A stretch of DNA of 64,000 nt from Escherichia coli (GTDB lineage: Bacteria > Pseudomonadota > Gammaproteobacteria > Enterobacterales > Enterobacteriaceae): assembly GCF_030013205.1 (NCBI RefSeq), contig NZ_CP122648.1; one strand, 5' to 3'. Within the stretch, counting starts at the first letter, position 1; each line of letters starts with the position of its first letter. The notes below the pieces were generated by a model. It was not told the DNA's origin and ran no database searches. It saw only the letters and a program-made list of their open reading frames with translations. Shown here piece after piece: positions 32,665 to 46,023 of the stretch. Position numbers and translations under genes: made by a program.

Positions 32665-33900
32665 ATGGAATTTACCACCGGATTGATGTCGCTCGACACC
32701 GCGCTTAATGAGATGCTTTCTCGCGTTACCCCACTGACCGCCCAGGAAACGCTGCCACTGGTACAGTGTTTTGGTCGTATTCTGGCGAGCGATGTCGTTT
32801 CGCCACTGGATGTCCCGGGGTTTGATAACTCCGCTATGGACGGCTACGCGGTGCGTTTAGCCGATATTGCCTCCGGGCAACCGCTGCCCGTTGCCGGTAA
32901 ATCCTTTGCCGGTCAGCCGTACCATGGTGAATGGCCTGCGGGTACCTGCATTCGTATTATGACCGGTGCGCCGGTGCCAGAAGGCTGCGAAGCGGTGGTG
33001 ATGCAGGAGCAGACTGAACAAACGGACAATGGCGTGCGTTTTACTGCTGAAGTGCGTAGCGGGCAAAATATTCGCCGTCGCGGTGAAGATATATCTGCAG
33101 GTGCGGTTGTTTTCCCGGCGGGGACTCGCCTGACTACCGCTGAACTGCCAGTGATTGCTTCGCTAGGGATTGCCGAAGTTCCGGTGATTCGTAAAGTGCG
33201 TGTAGCGCTTTTTTCTACCGGTGATGAACTCCAGTTGCCAGGCCAGCCGCTGGGCGACGGCCAAATCTACGATACCAACCGTCTCGCCGTACACCTGATG
33301 TTAGAACAGCTGGGATGCGAGGTAATCAACTTAGGGATTATCCGCGACGATCCCCATGCCCTGCGCGCCGCTTTTATTGAAGCCGACAGCCAGGCGGATG
33401 TGGTGATCAGTTCCGGCGGTGTTTCAGTGGGTGAAGCGGATTACACCAAAACCATTCTTGAAGAGCTGGGGGAGATCGCCTTCTGGAAGCTGGCGATTAA
33501 ACCAGGTAAACCGTTCGCGTTCGGAAAACTTTCTAATAGCTGGTTCTGCGGCCTGCCGGGCAACCCGGTTTCAGCGACGCTGACCTTCTATCAACTGGTA
33601 CAGCCTTTGCTGGCAAAACTAAGCGGCAATACCGCCAGCGGCCTGCCCGCGCGCCAGCGTGTGCGCACGGCATCGCCTCTGAAGAAATCGCCAGGACGCC
33701 TTGATTTCCAGCGCGGCGTGCTGCAACGCAACGCCGATGGCGAACTGGAAGTGACGACCACCGGACATCAGGGTTCACATATATTTAGCTCCTTTAGCCT
33801 CGGTAACTGCTTTATCGTGCTGGAGCGCGATCGCGGCAATGTTGAAGCGGGCGAATGGGTGGAAGTAGAACCGTTTAACGCGTTGTTCGGAGGCCTGTAA
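32665..33900 (+). CDS. moeA: Molybdopterin molybdenumtransferase MoeA
   Basis: 411 aa recognised sequence. Confidence 0.92.
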   Translation: MEFTTGLMSLDTALNEMLSRVTPLTAQETLPLVQCFGRILASDVVSPLDVPGFDNSAMDGYAVRLADIASGQPLPVAGKSFAGQPYHGEWPAGTCIRIMTGAPVPEGCEAVVMQEQTEQTDNGVRFTAEVRSGQNIRRRGEDISAGAVVFPAGTRLTTAELPVIASLGIAEVPVIRKVRVALFSTGDELQLPGQPLGDGQIYDTNRLAVHLMLEQLGCEVINLGIIRDDPHALRAAFIEADSQADVVISSGGVSVGEADYTKTILEELGEIAFWKLAIKPGKPFAFGKLSNSWFCGLPGNPVSATLTFYQLVQPLLAKLSGNTASGLPARQRVRTASPLKKSPGRLDFQRGVLQRNADGELEVTTTGHQGSHIFSSFSLGNCFIVLERDRGNVEAGEWVEVEPFNALFGGL

Positions 33901-34649
33901 TGGCGGAACTCAGCGATCAGGAGATGCTGCGCTACAACCGGCAAATCATTCTGCGCGGTTTTGATTTTGACGGTCAGGAGGCGCTAAAAGATTCTCGTGT
34001 GCTGATCGTCGGCCTCGGTGGACTCGGCTGTGCAGCTTCGCAGTATCTGGCAAGCGCCGGTGTCGGCAACCTGACGCTGCTCGACTTCGACACGGTTTCG
34101 CTCTCGAATCTGCAACGCCAGACGCTGCACAGCGATGCCACGGTCGGGCAACCGAAGGTGGAATCCGCCCGTGACGCCCTGACGCGGATCAACCCACATA
34201 TCGCGATTACGCCAGTCAATGCGCTGCTTGATGACGCTGAACTTGCTGCGATGATTGCAAAACACGATCTGGTGCTCGACTGTACGGATAACGTTGCGGT
34301 ACGTAATCAACTGAACGCAGGCTGTTTTGCCGCGAAGGTGCCGCTGGTTTCCGGCGCGGCAATTCGTATGGAAGGTCAAATCACGGTCTTCACTTATCAG
34401 GACGGCGAGCCTTGCTATCGCTGCCTCAGCCGTTTGTTTGGCGAGAACGCGTTAACCTGCGTAGAAGCAGGCGTGATGGCACCGTTGATCGGGGTGATTG
34501 GTTCGTTGCAGGCAATGGAAGCGATCAAACTGCTGGCAGGTTATGGCAAACCGGCCAGCGGGAAAATCGTCATGTACGATGCGATGACCTGCCAGTTTCG
34601 TGAAATGAAACTGATGCGCAATCCGGGGTGTGAAGTGTGCGGGCAGTAA
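33900..34649 (+). CDS. moeB: Molybdopterin-synthase adenylyltransferase MoeB
   Basis: 249 aa, ThiF/MoeB fold (GLGGLG motif, CxxC pairs). Confidence 0.92.
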   Translation: MAELSDQEMLRYNRQIILRGFDFDGQEALKDSRVLIVGLGGLGCAASQYLASAGVGNLTLLDFDTVSLSNLQRQTLHSDATVGQPKVESARDALTRINPHIAITPVNALLDDAELAAMIAKHDLVLDCTDNVAVRNQLNAGCFAAKVPLVSGAAIRMEGQITVFTYQDGEPCYRCLSRLFGENALTCVEAGVMAPLIGVIGSLQAMEAIKLLAGYGKPASGKIVMYDAMTCQFREMKLMRNPGCEVCGQ

Positions 34650-34724
34650 TTGCCACCTCCAGGCCTGATAAGACGCGGCACTCCGCCACGTCATCAGCAA
34701 TTTATGAGGATGCAGAACGTCCGG

Positions 34725-35387
34725 TTAAATCGACGTTCTGCCAAACGCTCCCTGCCAGTCCTGCTCAAACTTCGCCACAGCGGCATCAACCGCCGGATAG
34801 CTAATCATCTGTTGTGCCACATCCAGCGGCAGAGTAATTGATTCACACCCTGCCAGTAAGCAGTCCAGCGCCTGACGCGGGGTTTTGAAACTCGCGGCTA
34901 ACACTTTCGCCTGCGGCGCATGCATTTTCAATAACTGGTGTAAGTCGGTCACAGTCTGAATACCGCTACCGCCCTGAGCATCAATACGATTAACGTAAGG
35001 CGCAACATATTCCGCACCTGCCAGCGCCGACAGTAGCCCTTGTGCTGCGCCATATACCGCGGTTCCCAGCGTCGGAATCCCTTCCGCTTTTAACATCTTA
35101 ATAGCTGCCAGCCCCTCAGCGGCCACCGGAACTTTCACCACGATATCCGCAATAATAGAACGCAATTTACGTGCGTCATTCACCATCCCTTCAGCAGTGG
35201 TAGCCATTACCTGGGCAAACAGACGCCCCTGACCGCCCATCGCCTCGTGAAGTTGCGGAAGCACAACCTCCAGCGGTTTTTTACCCGCTGCGATAATGCT
35301 TGGGTTAGTGGTTACACCCGCCAGCGGAAAAATACGTGACAGCGCCTTCACCGCAACAACGTCTGAAGTATCCAGATACAGTTCCAT
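34725..35387 (-). CDS. fsaA: Fructose-6-phosphate aldolase 1
   Basis: 220 aa from [10 protein letters not shown]... Confidence 0.9.
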   Translation of the reverse strand: MELYLDTSDVVAVKALSRIFPLAGVTTNPSIIAAGKKPLEVVLPQLHEAMGGQGRLFAQVMATTAEGMVNDARKLRSIIADIVVKVPVAAEGLAAIKMLKAEGIPTLGTAVYGAAQGLLSALAGAEYVAPYVNRIDAQGGSGIQTVTDLHQLLKMHAPQAKVLAASFKTPRQALDCLLAGCESITLPLDVAQQMISYPAVDAAVAKFEQDWQGAFGRTSI

Positions 35388-35490
35388 AACCATCCTCAAA
35401 ATGTACTTTTTGTCTGAATGTAGACTATCACGGGAAAACTCTCTGAACAGTTGACGCACATCAATCTAGCTTTCATTCGAAAGTATTTTA

Positions 35491-36417
35491 ATGTTTGAAC
35501 GAAACAGAGAGGCAACTATGATTTTCAATATTCAACGCTACTCGACCCATGATGGCCCCGGTATCCGCACGGTCGTATTTCTTAAAGGCTGTTCGCTGGG
35601 CTGCCGCTGGTGTCAGAACCCGGAAAGCCGCGCCCGCACGCAGGATCTGCTGTATGACGCACGACTGTGTCTGGAAGGCTGCGAGCTGTGCGCTAAGGCC
35701 GCGCCGGAAGTGATTGAGCGCGCGCTGAATGGTTTGCTTATCCATCGGGAAAAGTTAACCCCGGAGCATTTTACGGCGTTAACCGACTGCTGCCCGACAC
35801 AGGCGTTAACCGTATGTGGTGAAGTGAAAAGCGTTGAGGAGATCATGGCAACCGTTTTGCGCGATAAACCGTTTTACGAGCGCAGCGGCGGCGGCTTAAC
35901 GCTTTCTGGCGGTGAACCGTTTATGCAGCCGGAAATGGCGACGGCGCTGCTGCAAGCCAGCCACGAGGCCGGCATTCATACTGCGGTAGAAACCTGTCTG
36001 CATGTGCCGTGGAAATATATCGCCCCTTCTCTGCCCTATATCGATCTGTTTCTTGCCGATTTAAAACACGTTGCCGACGCGCCGTTTAAACAGTGGACCG
36101 ACGGTAACGCCGCCAGAGTGCTGGATAACCTGAAAAAACTCGCCGCAGCGGGCAAAAAAATCATTATCCGCGTGCCGCTGATTCAGGGCTTTAATGCCGA
36201 CGAAACCTCTGTGAAAGCCATTACCGATTTTGCCGCCGACGAGCTGCACGTTGGTGAAATTCATTTCCTGCCCTACCACACGCTGGGCATCAACAAATAT
36301 CACTTACTTAATCTGCCCTATGACGCCCCGGAAAAACCGCTTGATGCGCCAGAACTGCTCGACTTTGCCCAGCAGTATGCCTGCCAGAAAGGGTTAACCG
36401 CGACCTTACGAGGATAA
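35491..36417 (+). CDS. ybiY: Glycyl-radical enzyme activating enzyme YbiY (radical SAM)
   Basis: CxxxCxxC motif (CSLGCRWC); start could alternatively be the internal Met at 35518. Confidence 0.88.
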   Translation: MFERNREATMIFNIQRYSTHDGPGIRTVVFLKGCSLGCRWCQNPESRARTQDLLYDARLCLEGCELCAKAAPEVIERALNGLLIHREKLTPEHFTALTDCCPTQALTVCGEVKSVEEIMATVLRDKPFYERSGGGLTLSGGEPFMQPEMATALLQASHEAGIHTAVETCLHVPWKYIAPSLPYIDLFLADLKHVADAPFKQWTDGNAARVLDNLKKLAAAGKKIIIRVPLIQGFNADETSVKAITDFAADELHVGEIHFLPYHTLGINKYHLLNLPYDAPEKPLDAPELLDFAQQYACQKGLTATLRG

Positions 36418-36422
36418 CAACC

Positions 36423-38855
36423 ATGACCACACTGAAACTGGACACGCTCAGCGACCGCATTAAAGCGCACAAAAATGCGCTGGTGCATATTGTGAAACCG
36501 CCGGTTTGTACCGAGCGCGCGCAGCACTATACCGAGATGTATCAACAACATCTCGATAAGCCGATCCCTGTACGTCGCGCGCTGGCGCTGGCACATCACC
36601 TGGCGAATCGCACTATCTGGATCAAGCACGATGAGTTGATCATCGGCAACCAGGCAAGCGAAGTTCGCGCCGCGCCGATCTTCCCGGAATATACTGTCTC
36701 GTGGATCGAAAAAGAGATTGATGATCTGGCAGATCGTCCCGGTGCTGGCTTTGCGGTGAGCGAAGAGAACAAACGCGTTCTGCATGAAGTGTGCCCGTGG
36801 TGGCGCGGTCAGACCGTACAGGATCGCTGCTACGGCATGTTTACCGATGAGCAAAAAGGTCTGCTGGCGACCGGCATCATTAAAGCGGAAGGCAATATGA
36901 CCTCCGGCGATGCGCACCTGGCGGTCAATTTCCCGCTGCTGCTGGAAAAAGGGCTTGATGGTCTGCGCGAGAAAGTAGCGGAACGTCGCTCGCGCATCAA
37001 CCTGACGGTGCTGGAAGATTTACATGGCGAGCAATTCCTGAAAGCGATTGATATCGTGCTGGTAGCGGTCAGTGAACATATTGAACGTTTCGCTGCCCTG
37101 GCGCGTGAAATGGCCACGACCGAAACCCGCGAAAGCCGTCGCGATGAGCTGCTGGCGATGGCAGAAAACTGCGATCTTATCGCCCACCAACCGCCGCAGA
37201 CTTTCTGGCAGGCGCTGCAACTGTGTTACTTCATCCAGTTGATTTTGCAGATTGAATCTAACGGTCACTCAGTATCTTTTGGTCGTATGGACCAGTATCT
37301 GTACCCGTATTATCGTCGCGACGTTGAACTCAACCAGACGCTGGATCGTGAACACGCCATCGAGATGCTGCATAGCTGCTGGCTGAAATTGCTGGAAGTG
37401 AACAAGATCCGCTCCGGCTCGCACTCAAAAGCCTCTGCGGGAAGTCCGCTGTATCAGAACGTCACTATTGGCGGGCAAAATCTGGTTGATGGTCAACCAA
37501 TGGACGCGGTGAATCCACTCTCTTACGCGATCCTTGAATCCTGCGGTCGCCTGCGTTCCACTCAGCCTAACCTCAGCGTGCGTTACCACGCGGGAATGAG
37601 CAACGATTTCCTCGACGCCTGCGTACAGGTGATCCGGTGCGGCTTCGGGATGCCGGCGTTCAACAACGACGAAATCGTGATCCCGGAATTTATTAAACTC
37701 GGTATTGAACCGCAGGACGCTTACGACTATGCAGCGATTGGTTGTATCGAAACCGCCGTCGGTGGCAAATGGGGCTATCGCTGTACCGGCATGAGCTTTA
37801 TCAACTTCGCCCGCGTGATGCTGGCGGCGCTGGAAGGCGGTCGTGATGCCACCAGCGGCAAAGTGTTCCTGCCACAAGAAAAAGCGTTGTCGGCAGGGAA
37901 CTTTAACAATTTCGATGAAGTAATGGACGCGTGGGACACGCAAATCCGTTACTACACCCGCAAATCAATCGAAATCGAATATGTCGTTGACACCATGCTG
38001 GAGGAGAACGTGCACGATATTCTCTGCTCGGCGCTGGTGGATGACTGTATTGAGCGAGCAAAAAGTATCAAGCAAGGCGGCGCGAAATATGACTGGGTTT
38101 CTGGCCTGCAGGTTGGCATTGCCAACCTCGGCAACAGCCTGGCGGCAGTGAAGAAACTGGTGTTTGAACAGGGCGCGATTGGTCAGCAACAGCTGGCTGC
38201 CGCACTGGCGGATGACTTCGACGGCCTGACTCACGAGCAGCTGCGTCAGCGGCTGATTAACGGTGCGCCTAAGTACGGCAACGACGATGATACCGTCGAT
38301 ACGCTGCTGGCTCGCGCTTATCAGACCTATATCGACGAACTGAAACAGTACCATAACCCGCGCTACGGTCGTGGTCCGGTTGGCGGCAACTATTACGCGG
38401 GTACGTCGTCTATCTCCGCTAACGTACCGTTTGGCGCGCAGACTATGGCAACGCCGGACGGGCGTAAAGCCCACACCCCGCTGGCAGAAGGCGCAAGCCC
38501 GGCTTCCGGTACTGATCATCTTGGCCCTACTGCGGTCATTGGCTCGGTGGGTAAACTGCCTACGGCAGCGATTCTCGGCGGCGTGTTGCTCAACCAGAAA
38601 CTGAATCCGGCAACGCTGGAGAACGAATCTGACAAGCAGAAACTGATGATCCTGCTACGCACCTTCTTTGAAGTGCATAAAGGCTGGCATATTCAGTACA
38701 ACATCGTTTCCCGCGAAACGCTGCTGGAAGCGAAAAAACATCCGGATCAGTACCGCGATCTGGTAGTGCGTGTCGCGGGTTATTCCGCCTTCTTCACTGC
38801 GCTCTCTCCAGACGCACAGGACGATATCATCGCCCGTACTGAACATATGCTGTAA
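36423..38855 (+). CDS. ybiW: Glycyl-radical enzyme (pyruvate formate-lyase-like) YbiW
   Basis: 810 aa; C-terminal glycyl radical motif region (RVAGYSAFF). Confidence 0.92.
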   Translation: MTTLKLDTLSDRIKAHKNALVHIVKPPVCTERAQHYTEMYQQHLDKPIPVRRALALAHHLANRTIWIKHDELIIGNQASEVRAAPIFPEYTVSWIEKEIDDLADRPGAGFAVSEENKRVLHEVCPWWRGQTVQDRCYGMFTDEQKGLLATGIIKAEGNMTSGDAHLAVNFPLLLEKGLDGLREKVAERRSRINLTVLEDLHGEQFLKAIDIVLVAVSEHIERFAALAREMATTETRESRRDELLAMAENCDLIAHQPPQTFWQALQLCYFIQLILQIESNGHSVSFGRMDQYLYPYYRRDVELNQTLDREHAIEMLHSCWLKLLEVNKIRSGSHSKASAGSPLYQNVTIGGQNLVDGQPMDAVNPLSYAILESCGRLRSTQPNLSVRYHAGMSNDFLDACVQVIRCGFGMPAFNNDEIVIPEFIKLGIEPQDAYDYAAIGCIETAVGGKWGYRCTGMSFINFARVMLAALEGGRDATSGKVFLPQEKALSAGNFNNFDEVMDAWDTQIRYYTRKSIEIEYVVDTMLEENVHDILCSALVDDCIERAKSIKQGGAKYDWVSGLQVGIANLGNSLAAVKKLVFEQGAIGQQQLAAALADDFDGLTHEQLRQRLINGAPKYGNDDDTVDTLLARAYQTYIDELKQYHNPRYGRGPVGGNYYAGTSSISANVPFGAQTMATPDGRKAHTPLAEGASPASGTDHLGPTAVIGSVGKLPTAAILGGVLLNQKLNPATLENESDKQKLMILLRTFFEVHKGWHIQYNIVSRETLLEAKKHPDQYRDLVVRVAGYSAFFTALSPDAQDDIIARTEHML

Positions 38856-39000
38856 CTCTTCCGCCCGGCGGCCACCGTCGCCGGGCCAAATCATTCACAT
38901 CATCAATTTCAGCCTCGCTTTCATTCGAAATATAATTTGTGCTCTGCGTCACATTGTTATTACACTGTTACGGTTTCATTTTCGAGCCAGGAGCACACCT

Positions 39001-39816
39001 ATGAGCGTAAAAGTTATCGTCACAGACATGGACGGTACTTTTCTTAACGACGCCAAAACGTACAACCAACCACGTTTTATGGCGCAATATCAGGAACTGA
39101 AAAAGCGCGGCATTGAGTTCGTTGTCGCCAGCGGTAATCAGTATTACCAGCTTATTTCATTCTTTCCTGAGCTAAAGGATGAGATCTCTTTTGTCGCGGA
39201 AAACGGCGCACTGGTTTACGAACATGGCAAGCAACTGTTCCACGGCGAACTGACCCGACATGAATCGCGGATTGTTATTGGCGAGTTGCTAAAAGATAAG
39301 CAACTCAATTTTGTCGCCTGCGGTCTGCAAAGTGCATATGTCAGCGAAAATGCCCCTGAAGCATTTGTCGCACTGATGGCAAAACACTACCATCGCCTGA
39401 AACCTGTAAAAGATTATCAGGAGATTGACGACGTACTGTTCAAGTTTTCGCTCAACCTGCCGGATGAACAAATCCCGTTAGTGATCGACAAACTGCACAT
39501 AGCACTCGATGGCATTATGAAACCCGTCACCAGTGGTTTTGGCTTTATCGACCTGATTATTCCCGGTCTACATAAAGCAAACGGTATTTCGCGGTTACTG
39601 AAACGCTGGGATCTGTCACCGCAAAATGTGGTAGCGATTGGCGACAGCGGTAACGATGCGGAGATGCTGAAAATGGCGCGTTATTCCTTTGCGATGGGCA
39701 ATGCTGCGGAAAACATTAAACAAATCGCCCGTTACGCTACCGATGATAATAATCATGAAGGCGCGCTGAATGTGATTCAGGCGGTGCTGGATAATATCGC
39801 TCCTTTCAATAGTTGA
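39001..39816 (+). CDS. ybiV: HAD-family sugar phosphatase YbiV
   Basis: 271 aa from [15 protein letters not shown]; the listed ORF's 77-codon upstream extension overlaps ybiW and is rejected. Confidence 0.9.
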   Translation: MSVKVIVTDMDGTFLNDAKTYNQPRFMAQYQELKKRGIEFVVASGNQYYQLISFFPELKDEISFVAENGALVYEHGKQLFHGELTRHESRIVIGELLKDKQLNFVACGLQSAYVSENAPEAFVALMAKHYHRLKPVKDYQEIDDVLFKFSLNLPDEQIPLVIDKLHIALDGIMKPVTSGFGFIDLIIPGLHKANGISRLLKRWDLSPQNVVAIGDSGNDAEMLKMARYSFAMGNAAENIKQIARYATDDNNHEGALNVIQAVLDNIAPFNS

Positions 39817-39967
39817 TCTTCCCCCTGGCCGAAGTGACCACTTCGGCCTCTCTCCTTTTTGCTCGCTTTGTGCACTGACTCAAGATTTTTATCTTGCGTT
39901 AACTTATTTTTAACTTAATGTATCAATCGTAATCATTTTACTTCCGAATGAAAGATGCGAGGTTGAT

Positions 39968-41227
39968 ATGACTTTTTCCTGTGAGACGCTGCCCACAGAT
40001 GCGAAAGCGGCTATCCGAGAGATGAAAGCTGCGCTGCGGGAACAGCTCGGTGATGTGCAACAGGTTTTCGATACACTCTCTGCAAAAATCGAAACGCGTG
40101 TTGCTGAAATCGATGCCCTAAAAGCGCAATGGCTGCCGGTTTGGCCGGAAGTTTCTTATAGTGATATTGCCGCAGGTACAGTAAGCGATGCCACTCGCAA
40201 TGAAATTAAGCGTCGCGGCTGTGCAGTCATAAAAGGCCATTTCCCTCGCGAGCAGGCGCTGGCGTGGGATCGTGCCATGCTCGATTATCTTGATATCAAT
40301 CATTTTGATGATGTTTATAAAGGCCCTGGCGACAGTTTTTTCGGCTCGCTGGAGGCTTCTCGTCCCGAAATCTATCCCATTTACTGGTCGCAAGCACAGA
40401 TGCAGGCGCGGCAGAGCGAAAATATGGCTGCTGTGCAATCTTTTCTAAACCGACTGTGGACGTCTGAAAGCAACGGCAAACAGTGGTTTGATCCTGATAT
40501 CAGTGTAATTTATCCAGACAGGATCCGCCGCCGCCCTCCAGGTACCACATCTAAAGGCCTGGGCGCACATACCGATTCTGGTGCGCTGGAACGGTGGTTA
40601 TTACCCGCTTATCAGCGCGTTTTTGCCAATGTGTTTAATGGTAATTTCGATGATTACGATCCCTGGGATGCTACACACCGGACCGAAGTCGAAGAGTACA
40701 CGGTAGATAACACTACCAAATGTTCGGTGTTCCGCACGTTTCAAGGCTGGACGGCGCTCTCTGATATGTTATCGGGTCAGGGATTGTTACATGTGGTGCC
40801 TATCCCGGAAGCGATGGCGTATGTTTTATTGCGCCCGCTGCTGGATGACGTACCGGACGATGAACTGTGCGGGGTTGCACCTGGCAAAGTTCTGCCCATT
40901 TCAGAGAAATGGCATCCACTACTGCTTAAAGCGCTGACTTCCATTCCCGCGATAACAGCAGGGGATTCCGTCTGGTGGCACTGCGATGTGATTCACTCCG
41001 TCGCGCCAGTAGACAATCAACAGGGTTGGGGCAACGTGATGTATACCCCTGCTGCGCCAATGTGCGAGAAAAATCGGGCTTATGCACACAAAGTCAAAAT
41101 GGCACTGGAAAAAGGCGCATCGCCGGGCGACTTCCCGCGCGAGGACTATGAAACAAACTGGGAAGGACGCTTTACGCTTGCCGACCTCAACATTCACGGT
41201 AAGCGAGCGTTGGGCATGGATGTTTGA
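39968..41227 (+). CDS. ybiU: DUF1479-family protein YbiU
   Basis: 419 aa recognised sequence. Confidence 0.85.
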   Translation: MTFSCETLPTDAKAAIREMKAALREQLGDVQQVFDTLSAKIETRVAEIDALKAQWLPVWPEVSYSDIAAGTVSDATRNEIKRRGCAVIKGHFPREQALAWDRAMLDYLDINHFDDVYKGPGDSFFGSLEASRPEIYPIYWSQAQMQARQSENMAAVQSFLNRLWTSESNGKQWFDPDISVIYPDRIRRRPPGTTSKGLGAHTDSGALERWLLPAYQRVFANVFNGNFDDYDPWDATHRTEVEEYTVDNTTKCSVFRTFQGWTALSDMLSGQGLLHVVPIPEAMAYVLLRPLLDDVPDDELCGVAPGKVLPISEKWHPLLLKALTSIPAITAGDSVWWHCDVIHSVAPVDNQQGWGNVMYTPAAPMCEKNRAYAHKVKMALEKGASPGDFPREDYETNWEGRFTLADLNIHGKRALGMDV

Positions 41228-41466
41228 GAGTTAATGGAAGTGAATTGATGTGGGATTAAGAAAATCGATTCGACGTTACTCAGATTGCTGACAAGTGCGC
41301 TTTGTTAATGCCTGATGCGGTGTTAACGCCTTATCTGGCCTACAAAGTCCAGCAGATTCAATATATTACAGGTACTGCCAGGCCTGATAAGCGTAGCGCA
41401 TCAGGCAATTTTGCATTTGTCATCAGTTTCAGTAGCCCTGACCATATCAGGGCTACTGATAATAAC

Positions 41467-43059
41467 TTACTCGATCCCTTTACTACGCAGGTAATCTTCG
41501 TAATTACCGCTAAAGTCGATCACGCGTTCCGGGGTGATTTCCAGAATACGGGTCGCCAGGGAGCTTACAAACTCACGGTCGTGTGAAACAAAGATCAGCG
41601 TGCCCTGATACAGTTCCAGCGCCATGTTCAGCGACTCAATAGATTCCATATCCAGGTGGTTGGTTGGTTCGTCCATGATCAGAATGTTCGGCTTCTGCAT
41701 CATTAACTTACCAAACAGCATCCGCCCTTTCTCCCCACCGGAAAGCACTTTCGCTGGCTTTTTGATGTCGTCCTGGCTGAACAGTAAACGACCGAGAATG
41801 CTGCGTACCGCCTGCTCGTCATCGCCTTCCTGCTTCCACTGGCTCATCCATTCGAACACGGTCAGATCATTTTCGAACTCATATTCATGGTCCTGGGCGT
41901 AGTAACCAATGCGCGCGTTCTCAGACCATTTTACGGTGCCGCTGTCCGGTTGCAGATCGCCCACCAGCGTTTTCAGCAGCGTTGATTTACCGACGCCGTT
42001 GGTACCCAGTACCGCCAGTTTTTCACCGACTTCCAGCAGCAGGTTGAGATTTTTAAACAGCGGACCGTTATCAAACCCTTTGGTCAGACCTTCCACTTCC
42101 AGCGCGTTACGGAACAGTTTCTTATCCTGTTCAAAACGGATGAACGGGTTCTGACGGCTGGAGGCTTTCACCTCTTCCAGTTTGATTTTATCAATCTGGC
42201 GCGCGCGCGAAGTTGCCTGGCGAGATTTCGAGGCGTTGGCGCTAAAGCGGCTAACGAAAGATTGCAGCTCAGCAATCTGCGCTTTCTTCTTGGCGTTATC
42301 AGCCAGCAGACGCTCACGCGCCTGGGTCGCCGCCGTCATGTACTCATCGTAGTTACCTGGATAAACGCGGAGCTCGCCGTAATCCAGATCCGCCATGTGG
42401 GTACAAACCATGTTAAGGAAGTGACGGTCGTGCGAGATGATGATCATGGTGCTGTCACGCTCGTTCAGCACCTGTTCCAGCCAACGAATGGTGTCGATGT
42501 CGAGGTTGTTGGTCGGTTCGTCGAGCAGGAGAATGTCTGGATCAGCAAACAGCGCCTGCGCCAGCAGCACACGCAGCTTCCAGCCAGGAGCAACTTCACT
42601 CATCGGGCCGTAGTGCTGTTCCACTGGAATTCCCACGCCAAGCAACAGTTCACCGGCGCGAGCTTCCGCAGAGTAACCGTCCATTTCGCCGTATTTCACT
42701 TCCAGATCGGCCACTTTATAGCCGTCTTCCTCACTCATTTCCGGCAAAGCATAGATGCGGTCGCGCTCCTGCTTCACTTCCCACAATTCTTTATGCCCCA
42801 TGATCACCGTATCCAGCACAGTGAACTCTTCAAAGGCAAACTGATCCTGACGCAGCTTACCAATGCGCTCGTTGGGATCGAGGGAAACGTTACCCAACGT
42901 CGGCTCTAAGTCGCCGCCGAGGATCTTCATAAAGGTGGATTTACCACTACCGTTCGCGCCAATCAGGCCGTAACGGTTGCCGCCGCCAAATTTGACGGAA
43001 ATGTTTTCAAACAACGGCTTACTGCCGAACTGCATGGTGACGTTACTGGAAACTAACAC
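41467..43059 (-). CDS. ybiT: ABC-F family ATPase YbiT
   Basis: 530 aa with two ABC ATPase domains. Confidence 0.92.
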
Positions 43060-43277
43060 AGGCGTATCCTGAAAAGAGATATGACAAACCGCGCATTATG
43101 CCATAAGTCTGAAAGAAGATCCTGCTCCTCGCTTAAGGTCTACACTCAAGCCAAAGGCAAAAAATGTGATTTCGTACACATCTGATTTCACTGTGAGCTG
43201 GAATGAACTTATAATGCGCTTCCAATACTCTAATATTCTCAACCCAATGGCCTGCCAGGCACAAAATCTCGCTTAAC

Positions 43278-44198
43278 ATGAATATGAAATTGAAAACATT
43301 ATTCGCAGCGGCCTTCGCTGTTGTCGGCTTTTGCAGTACCGCCTCTGCGGTAACTTATCCTCTGCCAACCGACGGGAGTCGCCTGGTTGGTCAGAATCAG
43401 GTGATCACCATTCCTGAAGGTAACACTCAGCCGCTGGAGTATTTTGCCGCCGAGTACCAGATGGGTCTTTCCAATATGATGGAAGCGAACCCCGGTGTGG
43501 ATACCTTCCTGCCGAAAGGCGGTACTGTACTGAACATTCCGCAGCAGCTGATCCTGCCGGATACCGTTCATGAAGGCATCGTCATTAACAGTGCAGAGAT
43601 GCGTCTGTATTACTATCCGAAAGGGACCAACACCGTTATCGTGCTGCCGATCGGCATTGGTCAGTTAGGCAAAGACACGCCTATCAACTGGACCACCAAA
43701 GTTGAGCGTAAAAAAGCAGGCCCGACCTGGACGCCGACCGCCAAAATGCACGCAGAGTACCGCGCTGCAGGCGAACCGCTTCCGGCTGTCGTTCCGGCAG
43801 GTCCGGATAACCCGATGGGTCTGTATGCACTCTACATCGGTCGCCTGTACGCTATCCATGGCACCAACGCCAACTTCGGTATCGGCCTGCGTGTAAGTCA
43901 TGGTTGTGTGCGTCTGCGTAACGAAGACATTAAATTCCTGTTCGAGAAAGTGCCGGTCGGTACTCGTGTACAGTTTATTGATGAGCCGGTAAAAGCGACC
44001 ACCGAGCCAGACGGCAGCCGTTATATTGAAGTCCATAACCCGCTGTCTACCACCGAAGCCCAGTTTGAAGGTCAGGAAATTGTGCCAATTACCCTGACGA
44101 AGAGCGTGCAGACAGTGACCGGTCAGCCAGATGTTGACCAGGTTGTTCTTGATGAAGCGATCAAAAATCGTTCCGGGATGCCGGTTCGTCTGAATTAA
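43278..44198 (+). CDS. ldtB: L,D-transpeptidase LdtB
   Basis: 306 aa, signal peptide, YkuD domain with catalytic SHGCVRL. Confidence 0.92.
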
Positions 44199-44218
44199 TC
44201 GTCAAAACGTAAAACAGA

Positions 44219-44245
44219 GGCGGACTCATCATCCGCCTTTTTTAT
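44219..44245 (+). terminator. Rho-independent terminator after ldtB
   Basis: GGCGGACTCATCATCCGCC hairpin followed by T6. Confidence 0.7.
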
Positions 44246-44255
44246 TTGCCAGACC

Positions 44256-45374
44256 CTACCAGGCCGGGAGCATAACGAATAAAACGTATCCCACCAGCGC
44301 CGCCCACAACAGCATCGGTATCGAATAAAGATGAAAACGCCACCAGATACGGCGATCGTTCGCCATCCGTAACGCAATCAAATTTGCCAGCGATCCGGGT
44401 AATAAACCAAAGCCCCCCACGTTTACCGCCCATGCCAGTAATAAAGACGGCGGTACATAATTGAGCAGCAAAATGGTACTCGGCACGTTACTGATCACCT
44501 GCGATAAACCGATTGCCGTTAACCATAACCCGGGTTCAGATAAATGACTCACGTTAGCCAACACGCCTTGCAACGCTGGAAGCTGGGTCAGTAAATGGAC
44601 GTCGATAAACATCGCCATAAATACCAGCAGCAGCGTCCAGTCCACACTAAGCACCACGCGACGTGCCAGCAGCGCAAAGCCCACCGCCACAATCACCAGT
44701 CCCCACAGCTCTTGTTTTAACTCCAGCGCCATCAGAAAGACGATATACAGCCCCAGACAACTCCACACCAGCCGCGGTTTCCACTCTGGTGTTTGCACCC
44801 CCGTATGGTATTGCAGCGTCTTTCCAGGGAAACAACACCAGCACAGGAGCAGGAGTGTCAGCATCATTGCGCCAGCCAGCGGTGCCATTTGGGCAATAAA
44901 TCCGGCAAACGAAAGACCAGAACGTCCCCAGATAAGAATATTTTGCGGGTTGCCAATTGGCGTCAGTAGCGAACCAGCGTTGACTGCCAGCGCCTCAAAA
45001 ATAATCAGCCGATTAACCGGGATCTCACACAGTCTTTTTAGCGTGATAGTCAGCGGAACAACTATAAACAGCGCGACATCGTTGGTCAGAAAGGTAGAAA
45101 GCAGCGCCGCCGCCAGCACCATAAACATCGCCAGCCGACGCTCCGTAGCAAAGCGGCGCACCATTTTGCGCCCCAGCACATCAAAATAACCACTTAGCTC
45201 CACACCTTTAGTCAGCAGCATCAGGCCGCTTAAGGTGATGATGGTGTGCCAGTCGATAGCAGCAGGCCAGGATTTCGGTGCAAAGGGAACAAAAAAACTT
45301 AATCCGATGCCAACAAGAATTAATAACTGAAAAAAACGATCGCCTTGCAGCGTGCGTAAAAAAGGCAGGCTCAT
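44256..45374 (-). CDS. ybiR: Inner membrane transporter YbiR
   Basis: 372 aa polytopic membrane protein. Confidence 0.88.
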
Positions 45375-45838
45375 TTGGCACCGTGTTTCTGGGTAAACAA
45401 ACGAAAGGCATCCAGCGTCTCTTCACTAACATGGTGCTCCATGCCTTCCGCGTCGCGACGGGCGATTTCCGGACTGACGCCCAACACCAACAAGAAATTT
45501 TCGACTATCTGATGTCGCTCGCGGCTTTCCTGCGCCAGTTTCTCTCCTTCTGCCGTTAAAAACACGCCACGCCAGGGGATCATTTCAATCAGCCCCATGG
45601 TTGCCAGCCGCTTAAGCATTTTCGCCACCGTCGGTTGCGAAACCCCCAGACGAGCAGCCATGTCCACCTGACGAGCTTCCCCCACTTCCCTGATCAAGTC
45701 AGAAATCAGCTCAACGTAATCATCAATAAGCTCGCGCCGATGCGCCTCTCTGACCTGGCGGAACCCTTCAACGTGCTCTTCCACGTTCACTAACTGCGTC
45801 ACTTTTTTTGCTGTTGGCGTACCTGCGCGACGACTCAT
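45371..45838 (-). CDS. mntR: Manganese-responsive transcriptional regulator MntR
   Basis: 155 aa DtxR-family regulator. Confidence 0.92.
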
Positions 45839-45939
45839 TGTGCTTCCTCATTTTGGTGACGCATACCTAGCGTTCTCATTTCGTGCGCACATTGTAAACC
45901 AGAGTTGCGAAGGTACAAAAAATTAACGTTTTAGCAATA

Positions 45940-45954
45940 GCTATATAATATAGC
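45940..45954. promoter_or_regulatory. Palindrome GCTATAT-A-ATATAGC upstream of mntS; candidate MntR operator or promoter element
   Basis: Perfect 7-bp-arm palindrome about 70 bp upstream of the mntS start. Confidence 0.35.
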
Positions 45955-46023
45955 CTGTGCTATATCTGTATGTAATGCAATCATCCCTCAAGGATCGACG
46001 GGATTAGCAAGTCAGGAGGTCTT

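Noticed and set aside
36318-36917. 199-aa minus-strand ORF
   Set aside because: Antisense across the ybiY/ybiW junction, both of which are well supported
38770-39000. 77-codon upstream extension of the ybiV ORF
   Set aside because: Overlaps the 3' end of ybiW; the conserved HAD N-terminus begins at the Met at 39001
42262-42909. 215-aa plus-strand ORF
   Set aside because: Antisense within ybiT
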